Shown here in pieces: positions 37,725 to 41,871 of a stretch of 41,871 nt of DNA (within the stretch, counting starts at the first letter, position 1; every line of letters begins with the position of its first letter). This stretch comes from Burkholderiaceae bacterium (GTDB lineage: Bacteria; Pseudomonadota; Gammaproteobacteria; Burkholderiales; Burkholderiaceae_E): positions 1 through 41,871 of the forward strand of contig JBIKMC010000001.1 of NCBI GenBank assembly GCA_044359405.1, written 5' to 3'. Below the pieces are notes generated by a model. The model worked only from the letters and a program-made list of their open reading frames with translations. It was not told the origin of the DNA and ran no database searches. The position numbers and the translations under genes are program-made.

Positions 37725-38195
37725 TCAGGCGGCGGGCCGGCAGGGTTCCCACGTGGTGAGCACCTGGTGCAGACGCGAAGCGTCGGCGCAGGCAAGCAAG
37801 GTCGCACGGATACCGTCATCAGACAGCAACTCGGCGAGCTCTGAAAGTAACTCCAGATGCTCCTCAGTGGCGTTTTCCGGAACCAGCAGGAAAATGAGCA
37901 GCTGCACCGGCTTGGTATCGGGTGCGTCAAAGGCAATCGGCTCAGCCAGGCGGATAACCGCGGCTCTTGCTTCCTTGAGCCCCTTGATGCGACCGTGCGG
38001 AATGGCCACGCATTCCCCCAGGCCTGTTGAGCCCAGTCGCTCTCGGGCGAACAGGGAATCGAAAACCTTGCCCCGCTCGATGCCGTAGACGTTCTCGAAC
38101 AGCAGACCGGCCTGCTCGAACAGGCGCTTCTTGCTGGTGACGGTGACGTCGGCCAGGATGGTGGCAGGCGTGAGCAGGCGAGACAGACGGCTCAT
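37725..38195 (-). CDS. ptsN: PTS-Ntr enzyme IIA (PtsN)
   Basis: LLTPATILADV..SKKRLFEQ and the phospho-His context GECVAIPHGR. 156 aa. Position between rpoN and hprK. Confidence 0.9.
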   Translation of the reverse strand: MSRLSRLLTPATILADVTVTSKKRLFEQAGLLFENVYGIERGKVFDSLFARERLGSTGLGECVAIPHGRIKGLKEARAAVIRLAEPIAFDAPDTKPVQLLIFLLVPENATEEHLELLSELAELLSDDGIRATLLACADASRLHQVLTTWEPCRPAA

Positions 38196-38274
38196 GTGAA
38201 CGATTCCCCGAAAGAGGATTGGTGCATCGCACCATCTTGTAGCAAACCCGCGTGGGGTATGCGAAAAATCGACG

Positions 38275-38304
38275 GATTATAGTGAGCAATCACAAATCCG
38301 ACCA
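38275..38304 (-). promoter_or_regulatory. candidate sigma70 promoter for ptsN
   Basis: The minus strand reads TTGGTC (38304-38299), an 18-nt spacer, then a perfect TATAAT (38280-38275). It lies ~80 nt upstream of the ptsN ATG at 38195. Confidence 0.5.
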
Positions 38305-38364
38305 ATTTGTTTTGCGGCGCAGCAAACCCGCCTGTGGGTTTCACGCCACGCGGGTCTTGGCCTT

Positions 38365-39861
38365 CTAGATGCTTTTGCGCTGAGCGACGGGTGGAATCCG
38401 CAGCGATTCGCGGTACTTGGCGACCGTGCGTCGGGCCACCACAATGCCCTGCTCGCCCAGCATGTCGGCCAGCTGGCTGTCAGACAGGGGCTTGGCGGCA
38501 TTCTCGGCGCTGACCAGTTGTTTGATTAATGCGCGGATGGCGGTGCTGGAGGCGGCCCCGCCCGATTCGGTCGCCACGTGGCTGCCAAAAAAGTACTTGA
38601 GCTCGAAGATGCCGTGCGGAGTGAGCATGAACTTTTGCGTTGTAACCCGCGAAATGGTCGATTCATGCAAGCCGAGGGTATCGGCGATTTCGCGCAGTAC
38701 CAGCGGCTTCATGGCGACCGCGCCATGTGAGAAAAAGCCGCGCTGACGGTCGACGATAGCCTGTGAGACGCGCAGGATGGTTTCAAAGCGCTGCTGAATG
38801 TTCTTGACCAGCCAACGCGCTTCCTGAAGCGGTCCGGCCAGGTTACCGGCCGCACCCCGACTGCCACGCAGCATGCTGGCATACAGACTGTTAACACGCA
38901 GTTTGGGGACCACGTCCGCGTTCAGATTCGCCATCCAGCCGGCCCGGGTTCGCCGCACGATCACATCGGGTACGACGTAACCAGGCTCTTCGATGCTGAA
39001 GCGGGCTCCAGGTCGCGGATCCAGATTTCGAATGAGGCGATGCGCCGCGCGCAGGGCCTCATCGTCACACTCGAGCACACGTTTGAGTCGGACATAGTCC
39101 TTGGCCGCGAGTAGTGCCAGATGTTGATCGATGATAGCGCGCGCCCGCAGGATGTCCGCCTTGGGATGCTGGCGCGGCGAAACCTCGTCAATTTGCAACA
39201 GCAGGCACTCGCGCAGGTCGCGCGCGCCCACTCCGCTGGGATCAAAGCTCTGCAGCAGCCTGAGGGCAGCCGCCACTTCACCGACGTCGATCTCCAGGCT
39301 TTCGGGCAGCGCCTGCTGGAATTCCTCCAGAGTACAGCCAAGCATGCCGTCAGCATCAAGCTCATCGATCAGCAGCTCAACCAGCACCCGGTCGCGACGC
39401 GACAGCGAAGCCCCGGCCAGCTGTGCCCGCAGATGATCGGACAGAGTGCGGCCGTTGGCAGCCAGTTGCGGGTACTCGCGCTCGTCGTCATCATCGGGGC
39501 GGGTACGCGTACCTGAATCAGACGACCAGTCGCTCGCACCGTCTCCTGTGTCGGCCGCCGAGCTATCCGCCTCGCCAGCCTCAGCCTCGCCCTGAAGCTC
39601 TGCCGGCTCGCCGCGTTCTGCGCCATCCGCAGCCGGCGACTCGGCGACGGGGCGTGGAGCATCCAGTCCGCCGTTAGGCGCGATGCTGACGTAAGGGCCC
39701 AGTGGGTCATCCAGGCGCTCGAGCAGCGGATTGTCGGCCAGCATCTGCTCAAGCTCCTGATTCAGCTCGAGCGTGGACAACTGCAACAGCCGAATGGACT
39801 GTTGCAGTTGCGGCGTAAGCGCCAGATGCTGGCTGAGCTTGAACTGTAGGGCTTGTTTCAT
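38365..39861 (-). CDS. rpoN: RNA polymerase sigma-54 factor
   Basis: [33 protein letters not shown] (region I), an acidic region II, and a C-terminal HTH plus RpoN box [10 protein letters not shown]. Confidence 0.97.
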   Translation of the reverse strand: MKQALQFKLSQHLALTPQLQQSIRLLQLSTLELNQELEQMLADNPLLERLDDPLGPYVSIAPNGGLDAPRPVAESPAADGAERGEPAELQGEAEAGEADSSAADTGDGASDWSSDSGTRTRPDDDDEREYPQLAANGRTLSDHLRAQLAGASLSRRDRVLVELLIDELDADGMLGCTLEEFQQALPESLEIDVGEVAAALRLLQSFDPSGVGARDLRECLLLQIDEVSPRQHPKADILRARAIIDQHLALLAAKDYVRLKRVLECDDEALRAAHRLIRNLDPRPGARFSIEEPGYVVPDVIVRRTRAGWMANLNADVVPKLRVNSLYASMLRGSRGAAGNLAGPLQEARWLVKNIQQRFETILRVSQAIVDRQRGFFSHGAVAMKPLVLREIADTLGLHESTISRVTTQKFMLTPHGIFELKYFFGSHVATESGGAASSTAIRALIKQLVSAENAAKPLSDSQLADMLGEQGIVVARRTVAKYRESLRIPPVAQRKSI

Positions 39862-39900
39862 GGCTGGGGTTCGGACCGTATGGCTCCGTTTCCGCCGGCC

Positions 39901-40719
39901 CTACATCGAGAAATGCTGTCCGAGGTAGTACCTGCGTACGTCAGCGTTTTGCACGACGTCGTCAGGGCGGCCATAAGCAAGAACGGTACCATCCCTAATG
40001 ATATAGGCACGGTCGCAGATGCCAAGCGTTTCCCGAACATTGTGGTCTGTGATCAACACTCCGATGCCGCGATCTTTCAGAAAACGCACGATGCGCTGAA
40101 TTTCCAGAACCGCGATGGGGTCGACGCCGGCGAAGGGCTCATCCAGCAGAATGAAGCGCGGCGAATTGGCCAGCGCACGGGCGATTTCAACGCGCCGTCG
40201 TTCGCCTCCGGACAGGGACAAGGCTGTGTTGGACCGGATGTGCCCGATCTGGAGTTCTTCCAGCAGGGTTTCGAGGCGCTGCTGGATGACGGGACGAGTC
40301 AGCGCACGTCCATCCGGGTCGGTCTGCAGTTCGAGCACAGCGAGAATGTTCTCCTCAACGCTGAGCTTGCGAAACACGGACGCTTCCTGGGGCAGATAGG
40401 ACAGGCCAAGGCGCGCACGGCGATGAATAGGCAGGTGACCGATCGGGCGACCGTCCAGTTCAATGGTGCCGCCATCGCAGGCGACCAGTCCCACGATCAT
40501 GTAAAAGCAGGTGGTCTTGCCGGCTCCATTGGGGCCCAGCAGTCCAACCACCTGACCGCTGCTCACATCGACCGAAACGTCCTTGACCACCTGCCGACCG
40601 TGGTAGGCCTTCATCAGTCGGCTGGCCACGAGTCGGCTTACATCCGTCCCGGCGGCATTCGAAGAGTCAAGTTCAGTGGCCATCGACGACGAGCGAGCGG
40701 CCACGTCAGCGTCGCTCAT
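39901..40719 (-). CDS. lptB: LPS export ABC transporter ATP-binding protein LptB
   Basis: Walker [10 protein letters not shown], signature [15 protein letters not shown] and Walker [12 protein letters not shown]. The N-terminal ~30 aa are uncertain; an alternative ATG lies 12 codons in. Confidence 0.94.
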   Translation of the reverse strand: MSDADVAARSSSMATELDSSNAAGTDVSRLVASRLMKAYHGRQVVKDVSVDVSSGQVVGLLGPNGAGKTTCFYMIVGLVACDGGTIELDGRPIGHLPIHRRARLGLSYLPQEASVFRKLSVEENILAVLELQTDPDGRALTRPVIQQRLETLLEELQIGHIRSNTALSLSGGERRRVEIARALANSPRFILLDEPFAGVDPIAVLEIQRIVRFLKDRGIGVLITDHNVRETLGICDRAYIIRDGTVLAYGRPDDVVQNADVRRYYLGQHFSM

Positions 40720-41393
40720 CGACGCACACTCGTGGACGGCGCTAAGGTCTCGGCGGGCTTGAGCGAGGTGGCCGGCTGCGCAGGGCCAGGAGTTCGCGGC
40801 TGGGCCGGCTGCGCAGGGGCAGGAGTTTGCGGCTGGGCCGGCGGATTTTTGCTGCGCGGCTGCATCGTGAGCCGGACCCGACCGCTACCGCTGCGCTCGG
40901 CACCGTCAACCGTATAAAACTCGGTTTCGCCCCGGTAAATGATGAGCGCGCCGTGCACCTCGTCCATGAGTTTTTCCTGCTCCAGGCGACGCAGTACCGC
41001 CTGCTGGCGCAGCGTGAGTACATCGGCCTTGCCGTCATAGTCGATCGTGAGCCCCTCGCCCTCGATGTACTGCTCGACACTGTCAGTCTTGTCGACGCTG
41101 TCCCGCTTCTGGCGAAAGCTTGCGGGCTTGCCCGTTGCCACGCCGTACTGATAGCCCTCGGAATCTTCGCGCAGCACCAGCCGATCGGCGCGAATGACCA
41201 GCGTTCCCTGCACCAGCACCACCCGTCCAATAAAGGTGCTGACCAGACGCGCATCGTCGTACTCCATGCGATCGGACTCGACATTGATCGGTTTGTCTCT
41301 ATCAGCCTTTTCAGCCCATGAGGGCATGACTATGCCGAGCAGCACGGCTGCCAGAGCCAGGCTGATGAGCGGGTGTTTACGGCGTATGGGCAT
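40716..41393 (-). CDS. lptA: LPS transport periplasmic protein LptA with Pro/Gln-rich C-terminal tail
   Basis: Signal peptide [19 protein letters not shown] and OstA-like beta-jellyroll sequence ([20 protein letters not shown]). 4-nt overlap with lptB. The tail [28 protein letters not shown] is not part of the canonical fold. Confidence 0.85.
   Translation of the reverse strand: MPIRRKHPLISLALAAVLLGIVMPSWAEKADRDKPINVESDRMEYDDARLVSTFIGRVVLVQGTLVIRADRLVLREDSEGYQYGVATGKPASFRQKRDSVDKTDSVEQYIEGEGLTIDYDGKADVLTLRQQAVLRRLEQEKLMDEVHGALIIYRGETEFYTVDGAERSGSGRVRLTMQPRSKNPPAQPQTPAPAQPAQPRTPGPAQPATSLKPAETLAPSTSVRR
40770..40844. repeat. 33-bp tandem repeat, 2.3 copies, inside the lptA 3' region
   Basis: Copy 1 (40770-40802) is ggccggctgcgcagggccaggagttcgcggctg and copy 2 (40803-40835) is ggccggctgcgcaggggcaggagtttgcggctg, 31/33 identical. 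A partial third copy ggccggcgg follows. The repeat is in frame and encodes [22 protein letters not shown]. Confidence 0.85.
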
Positions 41394-41405
41394 GGGCGCG
41401 AAGCT

Positions 41406-41871
41406 CTAACGGTTGCGCGCCGGCGGTTGAAAAATGCCGCGGACGACGGCGTCAACCTGCAGGGTGCGGGCCGGATTATTGAATTGCATGCCCACGCCGG
41501 TCAAGATAGATCGATCGCGGACTACGGTAACCGGCCTGTCGGTGCGGGCAATTTCCTGCTCGGCATCGAGCACAGCGTACTCGGTGAGGATGGTCACCCC
41601 AGGGCTTTCAGGACTGGCTGCCCGGTCCAGGCGCACGCTGCCTTCAAGAATGGTGGTCTGGCCGGCGGCGTCGGATTCGCCCCGGTCAGCGCGAATGATG
41701 ACCTCAGGCTGGGCGGTGTCCAAACTGACGATGACAGGCTGCAGATAGGTGCTGGAACCATCATCGCGATAATGCACCACCCGTTGTGCGGCCAGCCTGA
41801 AGACTGGCCCGCCCTGCTGGTTCAAACGGGTCAGCACCACGCTTTCCGCGTATGAGTCGGCCTCATGACCG
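41406..41871 (-). CDS. lptC: LPS export protein LptC, 5' end beyond window edge
   Basis: The frame is open to the window end (..GHEADSYAESVVLTRLNQQGGPVFRLAAQRVVHY..). LptC-like beta-rich sequence in the conserved position upstream of lptA. Confidence 0.8.
   Translation of the reverse strand, partial: GHEADSYAESVVLTRLNQQGGPVFRLAAQRVVHYRDDGSSTYLQPVIVSLDTAQPEVIIRADRGESDAAGQTTILEGSVRLDRAASPESPGVTILTEYAVLDAEQEIARTDRPVTVVRDRSILTGVGMQFNNPARTLQVDAVVRGIFQPPARNR

Noticed and set aside
38196-38364. Possible degraded hpf remnant between rpoN and ptsN
   Set aside because: The spacer is only 169 bp. Reading the minus-strand frames by eye showed nothing resembling an HPF N-terminus (MxxxIxGxxxEIT). It is treated as true absence rather than a pseudogene.
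39853-40917. 354-aa ORF on the plus strand, antisense to lptB and the lptA 3' end
   Set aside because: lptB on the opposite strand has complete Walker A, signature and Walker B motifs. The antisense product is Gly/Arg/Ala-rich with no motif. Long antisense ORFs are expected in high-GC DNA because stop codons are rare.

Overview
This is a high-GC proteobacterial chromosome segment, roughly mid-60s % GC by eye. No rRNA, CRISPR array, transposase or integrase is visible. All calls come from reading motifs in the supplied translations and the raw sequence. No database search was possible, and start codons are best guesses; the ORF track prints M for GTG and TTG starts.

The flanks carry housekeeping synteny of the kind seen in Betaproteobacteria.
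- Left flank: maiA (partial), ftsY, an M16 peptidase pair, rsmD, coaD and a ferredoxin.
- Right flank: ychF-pth-rplY-prs-tRNA-Gln-ispE-lolB-TPR lipoprotein, then mutM-mutY, then lonN-rapZ-hprK-ptsN-rpoN-lptB-lptA-lptC (partial).

Between the flanks, about 5958-24746, lies roughly 18.8 kb of accessory-looking DNA in three modules.
1. A Zn-alcohol dehydrogenase and a MetX-like hydrolase, followed by a complete hydantoinase-process set: D-hydantoinase, N-carbamoyl-D-amino-acid hydrolase and hydantoin racemase. A 4-gene polar-amino-acid-type ABC importer is embedded in it, preceded by a near-consensus sigma54 promoter.
2. An uncharacterised 9-gene divergon. One arm is a GntR/FCD regulator, an acyl-CoA synthetase and a stand-alone MetE-like Zn methyltransferase. 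The other arm is a Tat-signal TRAP transporter, a PhyH-family Fe/2OG dioxygenase and a ~590-aa class B flavin monooxygenase with an N-terminal extension.
3. A lower-GC HEPN (HI0074-like)/MNT toxin-antitoxin pair. The HEPN gene carries a single in-frame TAA upstream of its Rx4HxY catalytic motif.

Other points:
- No hpf gene lies between rpoN and ptsN.
- lptA contains a 33-bp tandem repeat encoding a Pro/Gln-rich tail.
- An 11-bp duplicate of the ychF 3' end sits at the island junction.
- tRNA-Gln is embedded between ispE and prs.
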